Below are positions 48,402 to 59,391 of a stretch of DNA of 64,000 nt, in pieces. Location of the stretch: contig DF237012.1 in NCBI GenBank assembly GCA_000708835.1, positions 186,001 through 250,000 of the forward strand, written 5' to 3'. The notes below the pieces were generated by a model. The model did no database searches, had not been told where the DNA came from, and worked only from the letters and a program-made list of their open reading frames with translations. Both the position numbers and the translations under genes were made by a program. How positions within the stretch are numbered: position 1 is the first letter of the stretch; each line of letters starts with the position of its first letter. This DNA comes from Klebsormidium nitens. Its lineage: Eukaryota; Plantae; Klebsormidiophyceae.

Positions 48402-51400
48402 CTAACCGCAGGGAGCCACGTTGGTGATGAGCTTGGTGTAGTGCTGGGCGATGTTGGGGTTGTTGAGGAAGCAGACGGTGCCGCCGCCGCGGTTCGCCTG
48501 GGACGCCTGCCGGTTCATGTCGCCGATGCACACCGTCTGGGTGCCCTGTGAACGGCGACATGGAACCGATTTTAATTTATGGGTCCATGAAAGCTGATAT
48601 GAAAGATTCAGAAGCTGTGAAGATCAATGGCCAGATCATGTCGCCGATGCGCACCTTCTGGCTGCACTGCAGAGATTAGCCGGCTCAAGCTTCAGTTTAG
48701 GAGACATGAAGAGCTCCACAAAGTCCCTACAATAGTGAGGTAGATGCAAACTGACCCTGACGATGCTTTGGAGTTTTTCCGGATCACAATCCAGTTGAAG
48801 CAGTTGAAGAACTTGAGAATCTGATTTAGGTTCGGAGTCAGCACTTGACCCAGGGAGTCGCTTCGGGTGCAGAATTTCACAGCAACTAGGAACGGTCGCT
48901 GATTCAGAAAGCGGACTTTAAGCGCGGAGGGTTGGACGAAACTTCCGTCGCACAGAAGTAAGGTATCTGAGTCTTGAGACGCGCTTTTCCAACCGCCCTG
49001 ACAGGTTTGGTCATCGAGCACGCTGGAAGAGGTGACGCGTCCCGCTAGCAAATCGCAGCGGAGAAATCACTGGCAAAACTTGACTGCCGTGCAGAACGGT
49101 TGTACGAAAGCATGCGAACGGTTGTACAACAGGAAAAGAGAGAGCCTGCTCTACAAAGGGACGCGGACTTACGGAAGGGTACGGGACGCCCCATTTGGAG
49201 TGGTCGGCTGCAGAAACGAAAGGAGCATTGGTTAAATTTGCGGCGAGTTGGCTGGAATTAAGCGCCAGCGGTAGAGGATCCAGGCAGCAAAGCTCTTCTT
49301 GAAGAATTGTGACGGGAGTGTGTAAATCGCTGTTGACTAAGACTGCACGAGATGACAGACTTTTCAAAGACTCGACAGATTCAGAACGGGGTCCATTCAG
49401 CTGCAATGAAATCGAAAATAGTAGATTGGGATTGAGGATCGCACTGCCCAGCTTTCTGGTTTTGCAAAGGAGTCCGTACAACATTGAAGCAGATCCAGAA
49501 GAGCAACTTTCCACGTACGGTCAACCACTTCGTGACCACCGGCTCTGGATGTTGGATGACGGCTTCCGCCAATCAATGCATCATATGATGAGTTTGTAAT
49601 AAGATCTGATCCGTGTCGAACTCCTCTGAAAAGCTGACCAGTCAACTCATACTTCAGCTTTGCCGCTCTACAACGAACACCACGACCTAAGATTGACGAC
49701 GAGCTGAGAGAGTTATCACCGCACGTGCGAGAGACCGGGGCTTTCTCATCACCGCCCACTTCACACGTGATGGCCAGTGCCCCGCAAATCAAAGACCCGC
49801 GCTGAAGTAACTTTAGCACGTGCGAGNNNNNNNNNNNNNNNNNNNNNNNNNNNNNNNNNNNNNNNNNNNNNNNNNNNNNNNNNNNNNNNNNNNNNNNNNN
49901 NNNNNNNNNNNNNNNNNNNNNNNNNNNNNNNNNNNNNNNNNNNNNNNNNNNNNNNNNNNNNNNNNNNNNNNNNNNNNNNNNNNNNNNNNNNNNNNNNNNN
50001 NNNNNNNNNNNNNNNNNNNNNNNNNNNNNNNNNNNNNNNNNNNNNNNNNNNNNNNNNNNNNNNNNNNNNNNNNNNNNNNNNNNNNNNNNNNNNNNNNNNN
50101 NNNNNNNNNNNNNNNNNNNNNNNNNNNNNNNNNNNNNNNNNNNNNNNNNNNNNNNNNNNNNNNNNNNNNNNNNNNNNNNNNNNNNNNNNNNNNNNNNNNN
50201 NNNNNNNNNNNNNNNNNNNNNNNNNNNNNNNNNNNNNNNNNNNNNNNNNNNNNNNNNNNNNNNNNNNNNNNNNNNNNNNNNNNNNNNNNNNNNNNNNNNN
50301 NNNNNNNNNNNNNNNNNNNNNNNNNNNNNNNNNNNNNNNTGACCGAGGACTTACACGTCACCGCCCACTTGCCGGTCGTTGCCGAGATCGCCTGCGCCTC
50401 GGGCACGGTGATATTTCTGATAGTGTACGAGCCGAGAGTGGAGCCCATTGTGGGGCACGAGTTGAGGTTGGGGGACCCGTTCTGCCACGTCTCCCAGGCC
50501 ATGGACAGCCCGAAGTATGGCTCCACCAGGGACTCGTACAAACCGATGCCGGTGCTGCAGGGTTTGACAGAGGTTTACGGAGAGGAGTTTTGGTGTACGA
50601 CTTCAAAATTTAGAAAGTCGAGTCGAAGAAGTAAAGATTATAGGAACTCAATCCTTTTCGCGGTTGGAAGATCTCTGACTTGGGGAATTGCGAGAGTGAC
50701 GACAGCATCGCGAGATCTGGGCATGCAGCTCATACCTTGAGCTTTAAAGGCCAGATTACTAGGACCCCTGAACCAAAGGACGGATTACAAGATGTCAACG
50801 ACGGCTGCGAACACCTCCCAAAGGGATGGGGAGCAGATAGCGCTTGCTTCAGACGTCCTTTCTGACGCTTGCAGGAAAAAATCCCTCTCTCTATCTTTGA
50901 AGCACAGGCCTGTCAAAACCCAGCGCGCCTCGCTTTCAGATCCACTCACGAAGAAGCCTCCTGAAATTGCGCAAGCGCGTGGGCCGCGGACGTGGCGACA
51001 GTGCCCCCGTAATCAACTTCGATGATCATTCAAACAAACAACGCGCATATGACGATTCATTTGGTCATTGGCCGATCCAAAGCACACGCAGTCGGAATCT
51101 CGCTCTTGAAAGCACAGGCATGATCGAGTAGAATGCGCATTATTCCCCACGAAGAAGCCTTCTGGAAGAGCGTGAAGGCTCTGCTCCGGACGTGGCGATC
51201 GAGCCCTCGGAAACAGCTTCGATCATCCCTCAAAGATTCTGAAAGCATATGACGCTTTCTCCAGGCGTTCACTGACTCAAATCGCTTGCAGACGAGAGCA
51301 GTCGATTCTACTTGAAACGCAGGCATAGATCAAAGGCGCGTTGTTGCTGACATGCACTTAAGATCTCTTACGATGAAGCCTCAAAGTAGAAGGGCCAAGC

Positions 51401-54400
51401 TTTTAAATTTGCTCACGATGAAGCCTTCTCGAATAGCGCAAACGCCTGGCCCCCGGAGGTGGCCACCGTGCCCCCGGAAACGGTCGTCGGGGCGCCCGGT
51501 GTGGGCGACCCGTCCTTGGCCGCAATAAGCGCCGCGAAATGCGGGTAAGGCCCGGCGATTGCGCTCGGGAGCTGGGAGTCGTAGATCCAAAGACCGGCGG
51601 TTTGGATGAACTTCGCAACGCCGTCGATCTGGGCGGCAGGGAGAGTGGCGCACAGGAAGCTCTGGCCGTAGATCAGCTGGCCCGAGGAGATGCCGGCGTA
51701 ATTGCTTGAAAAAGGACGCACAAGGTGGTTAGCTTAACCCGTGTGTGGGGTGAGCATATTTGCTAACGAGCTGGTTCCAAAAGTCACACTGCAATCAGCA
51801 TCAGCCGAAGACAGGCATGGGACCCACCGACCCCAGGTGCTTATGTCGACCAACTTTTGGCGACCACTTTCACCGTTCGACACTGGTTGATAGAACAAAT
51901 GACGACGTCTTCATTGCTTTCCATCTCATTTCTAGCGAGTGCCGCGACATAGGGGTCTGGCTGAGCGCCTCTCTTCGGCAGCGGCGTATTCCGCCAGCCA
52001 TTCACGTGCTACAATCGGAACGGCACGGGCCTAGGCGAATTCGGTGAACCATTGTACGGATGATCAATTCAAGCAACGGAACGGCACTGGCGCGAGCATT
52101 CCGGCGGACGATGTCTTTACGGGCACGGGCCCGAACATTCCGGCAGACAACTAATTCTGCAACGGAACGGCACGGGCGGAACGGCTTACTGGTCAACGGC
52201 GGGTCCGGGAAGTTGGGCGCGCTGTGCACGAGGTAGAAGCCCTGGTTGGCGGTAAACCCTAAAACCCCCTTGGCGTGCGCGCCGCCGGAGCCCGCGCTCG
52301 TCGTCACGGAGGGGGGGTAGTCGTCGTTCCACATGGCGTACCCGGCGGTGGCCTGGAAAACAACGGTCAGAGAGCGGTTGACAAGCTGGTTAAGGCGTTT
52401 GAAACGGCGTTCCAGTGATCAAGACCCGGCGCCAATTCATGGTTTTGCGGTTGCTGTTGTTACGGAAGGGGGGGAGTCGTCGTTCCACATGGCGTACCCG
52501 GCAGTGGCCGGGATAACAAGGGGTACAGAGCGGTTAAGAGATTGGTGATCAATGGATTTGGAACGGCGTTCCAGTGATTAAGAACCGCTAATGCAGAGCT
52601 TTTGCGCTCACAGTGAGCGCTCTGATCTGCTTTCCCAGTCGTGAGCCAGCGCTTCTCGTTGATCTCATCAAAGAGATTTATGGCGGCGTGAAGATTGACA
52701 CCTAGTTGTTGTAGGTCTGGTAGAGCATGTTTACGAGCGCGTCATTGCGCGCAATAATTCGCGGCTCTTTCTAAAAGAAGCGCAATTCCGATGATGACAT
52801 TGTAATGAACTGCGGCGGTGTGACTCTCACCTGGTTGTCGTAGATCTGGTAGAGCAAGCGCGTCATCGAGCAGGTGGTATTTAGAATCAGCGCAGACATA
52901 GCGCATTCACATTCAACGAACCAAAGAGAGTCACGAAGATGTAAAAACTCTTACCTGGTTGTCGTACATCTGGTAGAGAGTGTTTGCGAGCGCGTCATCG
53001 CGCGCGGTGGTTTGCATGTTGGTCTCGATCGCCCACGCGTTGATAGCCGTCAGATCGGTCGTGCTGTCAATGTAGGCGTACATCCCGCCGTCCGGATTTG
53101 TGGCGCTCTGCTTCGGAAACTTGAGCGCGACCCACCAGTCCACGTCAGCGCCTGCGGCGTTCTTGCAGCTGAAGGTAGCTGCGGCGAGAATAATGGGGCA
53201 GTTATATAAACAGGTGTAAGAGTTTATAAAAGCTGTGGACTTTGTCGGAAAATCTGGTCTAGGATCGTGTTCGATTGCCGAGTAAGCTCTGCTTCAAGAA
53301 CCTAAGCGCGACGCACCAGTGCACGTCGGCGCCCGCGCGTTCTTGCACCTGAAGGTGGCTGCGGCAGAAACATTGGTGCAGTGAGTGTTAATATACGAAA
53401 CACTTTCGAGCTTTGTGCTCGCCTTGACTTCAGGGTATAACGGGGGTTAAAGCGCTTGGTGCCCTCAGATCGGAAGTTCGAGAGCCATTTACCAGTCCAG
53501 CCTAAGTAGAGTCAAAAAGCGTTATGAAACTCTGGTGACTCTCTTGATGTACCCAAGAAGCATTTGACTGAAGGTAGGGCGCCTGCAAGACGGGTGGGGT
53601 TGATCGAGTGGTGAGAGTAGGTTCGGCTGCGGAACGCGTATGTATTCTTGGCTTAAGGATTTTCTTAATCAAATTCCGGGATCACCCGAATCTTATGTCA
53701 GACGACTGTCAGGTGATATGAGAGTTACCGTAAAGTGAGCTAAGAAGATACGGGGATAGGCCAAAGTCTTTTTGCTCGCCTTGTTTTCTTTAAAAAGCGG
53801 AGGTTGAAGTGCTGGGCGCCCTGTATCAAGAATCTGAGCGCTACCAACGTGCCCTGTCAATTTCGAAAGCACTTATCGGTCCAAGCTCAGAGCATCCGAA
53901 AGGGATTCGAAAGCTTGAATCCACGAAGACAACTCACTGGATTTCTGAAGCAACCCACTAGCAGCATTGCGAAGGAACCAAAAGAAAGACTCTCTTCCTG
54001 GCAACTTAGGAGTAGAGGAGCACGCTGTCCGGTCGCCCAGTGACATCATGCGGTTGCGCTTGCGCGAGACCTACTCACATGTGGATTGACTGGGAGCGGG
54101 GGTGGGGCTGTTGGTCGTGGAGGCAGAAGTGGGGGCAGGAGTGGAGGGGCACGCATTGGCAGCCCCCGGAGTTATGGCGACCAGCTTGAAATTGGCGCCG
54201 TTGTCGTCCGTATCGGTTCCGTCGGAGCACCTGGAGAGGGGGTCGTGGGATGCTGTGAGGTATCTTGACTGGACCCAATCCTAGCCGTTCAAACTATGAA
54301 AAGCCAGCCCACAAGTTGAAAAGGGGGTTGCGGAATGCTATTCTAGCTTTCCAAACATAAAAGAGTCAGCCCACAAGTCGGCGCCGGTGTCGTCTGCGTC

Positions 54401-57024
54401 AGTGCCATTGGAGCACCTGGAGGAGGGAGGATTGAACTTTTCCAATCGAGCGCAAACTTAGCCGCTCAATCGCGAAGAAGTCTTCCCACATCTTGGCGCC
54501 GTTGTCAGTTGTGTCAGCACTGTCGGAGCACATCAAGATCGAAAGGGAGTAGTGAGGACTTCAACTTTGACCCAAATTCAGCCATTAGGACCCGTTCAAA
54601 GACAGAGGAGTCGCCCCACTGGTTGGCGTTCGTCCGTGTCAGCACCGTCAAAGCACCTGGAATGTTGGGGTAAGAAGTATACCGGGGAAGAAGATACGAA
54701 TCATACTCATTTATACGTAGAGAAGATGGCCCAGAAGTAGGCACCCTTTTGGTCTGTTTCGGCTCCATCAAAGCACCAAAAGAAGCACGGTAGTGAGGTG
54801 GTTTGAAGGACTTTTAGTAAAGGCTTGAAGGAAAGAAGTAAAGCCCATGAGTAGACACCATATCAGCATCGTCGGGGTAACTGGCGAAGGGGGTTAGTCA
54901 CAGAGGTATCCTATTACTTGGACTCGACTGCAGCCGTTCAAAAGGAAGAAGTCGGCCTACAAGTTCTCTATCCTTAACCTATGAATCAATTGGATCAACA
55001 AGACAAGGGGAGGAACGAGTCCGTGTGAATAAGCAAGCCTTCGCTCCAGTGAGTAAGCCAAGGCGGAGGGGCTCGCACGACTATAGCACGGCTCTGATCT
55101 TCAAGCTTTTAGAAGGACGGAGAAAAAGTAGAGGGTACTTTTTGGAAACCTTCAAGCTTCTAGCAAAGCCTTGCAGAGTTGCGATGGAGGCTACAACCAT
55201 ACATTAAGACGGACCATGCGTTCTCTACGTTGCAAGGAGTCCGGAAGCAAAATGAAGCACATATCCCTCGCATGAGAGCTTGCTTCAAACAACGTGTCCA
55301 AGAGAACGACCTCAGTCATCTAATAACAGTAAGAGAACTACTTTACAGCGGGAAATTATTCTGGTCGTTCTCACCAGGGTACACTCTTGAGACTCAACAA
55401 CATCTAAAGCAGATCAAGCCAGTATTGATGATATCACGGTAGGCCTAAACAGGTGAGACTTAAACATCTGAAGTATGTGCATGCACCTTGCAAGAAAGTC
55501 ATCCCGAGCTCAGCTTACTCTTGGACTTCCAGTTTCTTCACTCAATATGACTGTAAGCCCGCACCTGTTAGCAGACAGAGATCAAGGAATAGGTGCAACC
55601 ACTGAGCTGCAAAAAAGTGACATGCTTGAAGATACTGACCTGGAGAGGGATTGTGCAGCGGCCCCGTCGTCAGTCCCTGCGGAGGTGCCCTCCGAGTACC
55701 CGGGAACTGTTCCCTCGTACGAAACTTTATCGATTATAGTTCCGGAGGGGTTTGCAAGGGCGATGGCGTCACTGGCTCCGTTTTGGATCAGGTCGGTGGC
55801 GGGGGAAACTTGCTGTAAGGGAGGGGTTCAAAGAGTGGGTAACGAGTGGGTAAGAGAGATATTAAGCCATGAAGAGGGTTCAGAAGAGTGGTTCGGAGAT
55901 GGTGATCAATGATGCGGATAAGGCTCTAGAAATTCGTTCAGGTATGGACACAGGGACAGGAATCATGAGGCAGGTGATCTAAGAGACTGGGGGGGAAAAG
56001 TGGTTAAGGTATGAGGCAGAGGGGTCAAGACAGAAGTGTCAACAAGAGACTGGGTTAAGGAGAGGGCTCGAGCGACTAGACAGGGGGCTGATTCATCAGG
56101 CAGAGAGATAGAATATGGGCTTTGCAATGAGAGAACTATGTGTGCAGGAGTTTGGTCAAAAGACGGGGTGGGAATGATTGTCGCCAAAACAAAAGTTGAA
56201 ACTATTAGGTGCAAACAGGTGACTGACCACAAGGGGTATTATACTCTGTCACAGAAGATTACTTGAGGGCGGAGTCCTTTCAACAACAAAGGGTTAAGGA
56301 AAGGGTAAGACAATATCTTGAGAGACAAGGACGGTAAAGCTTGTTAGCTGGGAGGGCTCTCTTCCCAGGATTGACAAGTTCAAATACATGTTAAGTAGAC
56401 GCCTGACGCCAAGTGAACCGCAGAAAGCCATCAGTGGATGCATGCAAAGGGCTTCCTATCGACGCAGAAGTGACAGTCAAGGTCTGGATCCCAGCTGAAC
56501 CATTCGAGGGTCTGTGAGGTGATTGATCATCCGTTTCCCCTCACGACACTCAAATCAAGAGAAGATAGAGTCGTGAAGAACCCCCGATTGCCAAAAACTA
56601 ACTCAACAAATTCAGGCCACAATGTGCCCCCTAGGTTGCTTACTTTCAACATATTTCAGCTATTCACACTCGCGGCTGAAATCTGATCGCATCAGCCCCC
56701 TACCTGATTGCAGTTTGCCAAGGTCCCCCCCTGCGTTGAGCACACCACAAAGTACCCCCCCGGCGCCAGCGTCACAGGGGCGAGCGCAATCGTCTTGTAC
56801 ACAGCAGGGGGGCTTGCCCCCCCGTTCACAAGCTGGAGACTCCACCCGCTGAGAGCAATGCTAGACCCCCCCACATTTTTGAGCTCAACGAATTCTGCAG
56901 TGTCTGTGCTGGGTTGGTCATAGTCGACTTCGTTGATGACGAGAGAGGTGGAGCCGGCAGCAGAAAGAGCGGCGCAGGAGAGGAGAACTAGGAGGGTGAG
57001 GAGGCGCTGCCGGGGAGCAGCCAT
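48402..57024 (-). CDS. DNASE2: Secreted fusion: signal peptide, lamin-tail domain (LTD), Pro/Thr/Ser linker, deoxyribonuclease II (PLD superfamily)
   Basis: Exons: 56704-57024 (signal peptide; LVINEVDYDQPSTDTAEFVELKN), 55640-55812 (DLIQNGASDAIAL..IDKVSYEG), 54079-54230 (DGTDTDDNGANF..TPGAAN, then linker), 52955-53178 (SCKNAAGADVDWWVALKFP), 52190-52352 (WNDD..AHAKGVL..YLVHSAPNFP), ~51417-51705 (YGQSFLC..FEK), 50355-50554 (LYE..ETW..KWAVT) and 48402-48545 (VCIGDMNRQASQANRGGGTVC). Phases fit except at 52190/51705 and across the gap 49827-50339. Confidence 0.9.
48515..48670 (-). repeat. One degenerate copy of the acceptor plus start of the last DNase II exon
   Basis: Plus strand catgtcgccgatgcacaccgtctgggtgccctg (true, ~48517-48548) versus catgtcgccgatgcgcaccttctggctgcactg (~48638-48670). 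Confidence 0.75.
52320..52990 (-). repeat. Junction copies from both ends of one DNase II intron (52353-52954)
   Basis: The exon-5 start plus acceptor region is duplicated at ~52470-52590 (gtcgtcgttccacatggcgtacccggc). The exon-4 end plus donor is copied at ~52826-52870 (ctcacctggttgtcgtagatctggtagag) and ~52700-52755. Confidence 0.88.
53135..53375 (-). repeat. One degenerate copy of the acceptor plus start of DNase II exon 4
   Basis: accagtccacgtcagcgcctgcggcgttcttgcagctgaaggtagctgcggcga (true) versus accagtgcacgtcggcgcccgcgcgttcttgcacctgaaggtggctgcggcaga (~53316-53368). Confidence 0.85.
54190..54790 (-). repeat. Four degenerate copies of the acceptor plus start of exon 3 of the LTD-DNase II gene
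   Basis: The plus-strand core ...gtc.gagcac(ctgg) ends at 54230 (true), 54416, 54531, 54656 and 54776. The acceptor CAG is kept in the 54416 and 54656 copies. Confidence 0.82.
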
Positions 57025-59391
57025 GATTCGTGAGCTGAGGAAATTGGCAGCTGATCACAATTGATCACTGGTTATGGGAAGGTGGAATGTTGGCTTTTTG
57101 AAAGAGGGAGAATGTTGAAGGCTTTCTCGAGCTTTCCTGACTTCTTCTTTTGTAGAGCATGGATTGACTACAACCAGTTTCGTAAGGAGATCTAGAGAGA
57201 AGTCCCCATCAAGAGGGCAAGAGGGTTCCTCCGCATTGATCAGGGAGCAGGGCTGAAGCTGGAGGGATCGCGCTCGATCACAGTCTCGAGGAGGGAAGCT
57301 GATGCTACCCACCTGCAAAAGCTAGGCGCCCACATTGCTGATTGCAAGTACTCACTGGCTGATGCTCAGAAATGTCAACGGCAGCTCTCAAATGTGGACC
57401 TTCGTACGGAAATTGGAATGAAAGCCGGCACAAAGCGAGCGACATCCTGCACAGTGCATTGAATGCTGGTACATGTCGGTGTGCATGATGCACAGACTAT
57501 ATTCTAGGTACACCCTGGCATCTTGCTGACGCATTGTTGACCTACTTTCCTTCTAATTTGATGCCGTCTTACGTCAGCATTCCCGGAGGAATGTGCGATA
57601 TCCCACTTGCACTTGCGAATGTACCCCGTTTCCGGACCTCCATTTCTTGGCGACCAGACCCGCATTCGAAGCACTAGAGGGACGCTGTATTTGAGCACTA
57701 CACAAAGTTGGGTTTATTTCTGTGTGCAGTGCACGCGATTCCATACAACAGCTGGACAGCGTAAGGCCGCGCCACGTGTCCGAAGCACGTATCTCCGCTA
57801 ACGCCCAGCTTGGGTTCCAGAACCCCTGGGCCTCGGCCCTATCGTGGATCTGATCAACATGCTTAAATCACAGGTGGGGTCTCACTCACAGCCAAGAGAT
57901 ACAGGCGGGGGGGAAAGAAGAGAGAAAAGAGAAACAAAGAGAAGAAAAGTGGAAATGAAAGATATATAAGAGACGTTACGACCGCTTATACGACGAAATC
58001 AGGAATATCAAATGGTTCCCAGATGGCCGTACGATACCGTGGCTGAAATACTCTGACCGTCGAAATTTAGAAAGTCAAGAAGTGACGAACAAATGACGTT
58101 GCATCAAACTTCATCTCCGGCTGCTCGGACCCCGGTCTATGATCGACACGTGGTCGTTTTGACACGCCGCCCAATCAAGTTGCCATATTTTATGTCATGT
58201 CGCATACTAAGTGGGACCGATAATGCGGCGCCCGCGGCGCTCTCAGCCGATTCGAGGATAACACTTCAAATTTGGTAAAGTAAGCTTTAGGTAGAAGTAA
58301 CCCAAGCAGCCTGGGTGGGGTTAGTTTGGGGGTTAGGGTGGTTTCGGGTGCGGAGCGTAGTGTTAGGCTGGGCCGAGCTTACTATATCTAGAGCTTACTT
58401 TACCTGAATTGAAGAGACATGATTCGAGGCTCGTGGGACGAGCGTCGGACTGTGTCTACTTTGACGCGGGGTGAGCATCCGGCGGCCATGTGCAAAACAT
58501 AGGGCGTTATCGGACGGTTGCGGTTTCTTTTCAATCTGATTCGATGATCGAGGTTCCTTCATGTTTACAGAGCGCGCCGGGACGTTCGCGATCGTCGAAC
58601 AGCCAGACTTTTAAGTCAGTTGAAACTACTAGCCACGGCGGACGCATTTTTTATGAGATCATCCGCCGGCAACGCTTGAAAATGAAAGTTAGCGCACTCC
58701 ATAAACGTACTGCATGAGTACGAATTAGCGTGCGAATCAAACATCTAGGAGAGATTCTAGGATGTGAGGGAGTGAGTGCTTGAGGTTTTCTCCGTCCCAA
58801 AATTGCCTCTATCATCCACACAGATTGTTTCGGTTGCTTGGGGGTTTGCCAGAGCTCCTTTCCTAAGTGAAGGGCTGATTGAGATCACCAATCAGTTACA
58901 TGAACGACCTGTTGTACTCAACCGTCAATCTGTAGGTGAGGTTGATTGCTTCTTTTTCGGCCGCAAGAGGAGGGAAAGCTTTCAGTCTACTCACATACGG
59001 ACTCTGACGGAATACGTCTTACCATTGCACCGCACATTCTGCTCACTCGTACTTTAGTTTTCCTGATCTCTGCGTTCCGGTTAACTACAACGCAGACGTA
59101 CTTGAGACGCTCAATAACTGGACCCCTTCAAGAACTCCCTTAGCAAGTGGCTACTTATTTCGCCGCAGTTCAGCTGATGTCAGCGACTTCCCTCAATTCC
59201 AGGTTCTCTAAGAGGCTCTTGCCTTATTGCTTTGCTAACCAGTCACTCTGAGCTAGTCACATCTCCCTAAAAAGTTGCAAAGCCCTTTCAAATCCTTCAC
59301 AGCGTCTTTCAAAGCCCATCGGCTGTCTTACTTTCTCCCTTTCCTGCTCACTTATTCCAAGCCCCATTTGTCTATCTCCGTTACAAGATTG

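Larger units (their letters stand above)
32100..50339. other. Six assembly gaps (N runs) within this span
   Basis: N runs at 32100-32119, 35395-35453, 40237-40509, 41113-41132, 45632-46116 and 49827-50339. Confidence 1.

Noticed and set aside
52250-52275. Telo-box-like AAACCCTAAAACCCC
   Set aside because: Lies in a DNase II exon, where it encodes GVLGF; explained by coding.
54950-56330. Possible LINE/retroelement relics in DNase II introns (ORFs 55179-55442 and 55963-56232)
   Set aside because: No convincing RT or endonuclease motif by eye; a translated search against TE libraries is needed.
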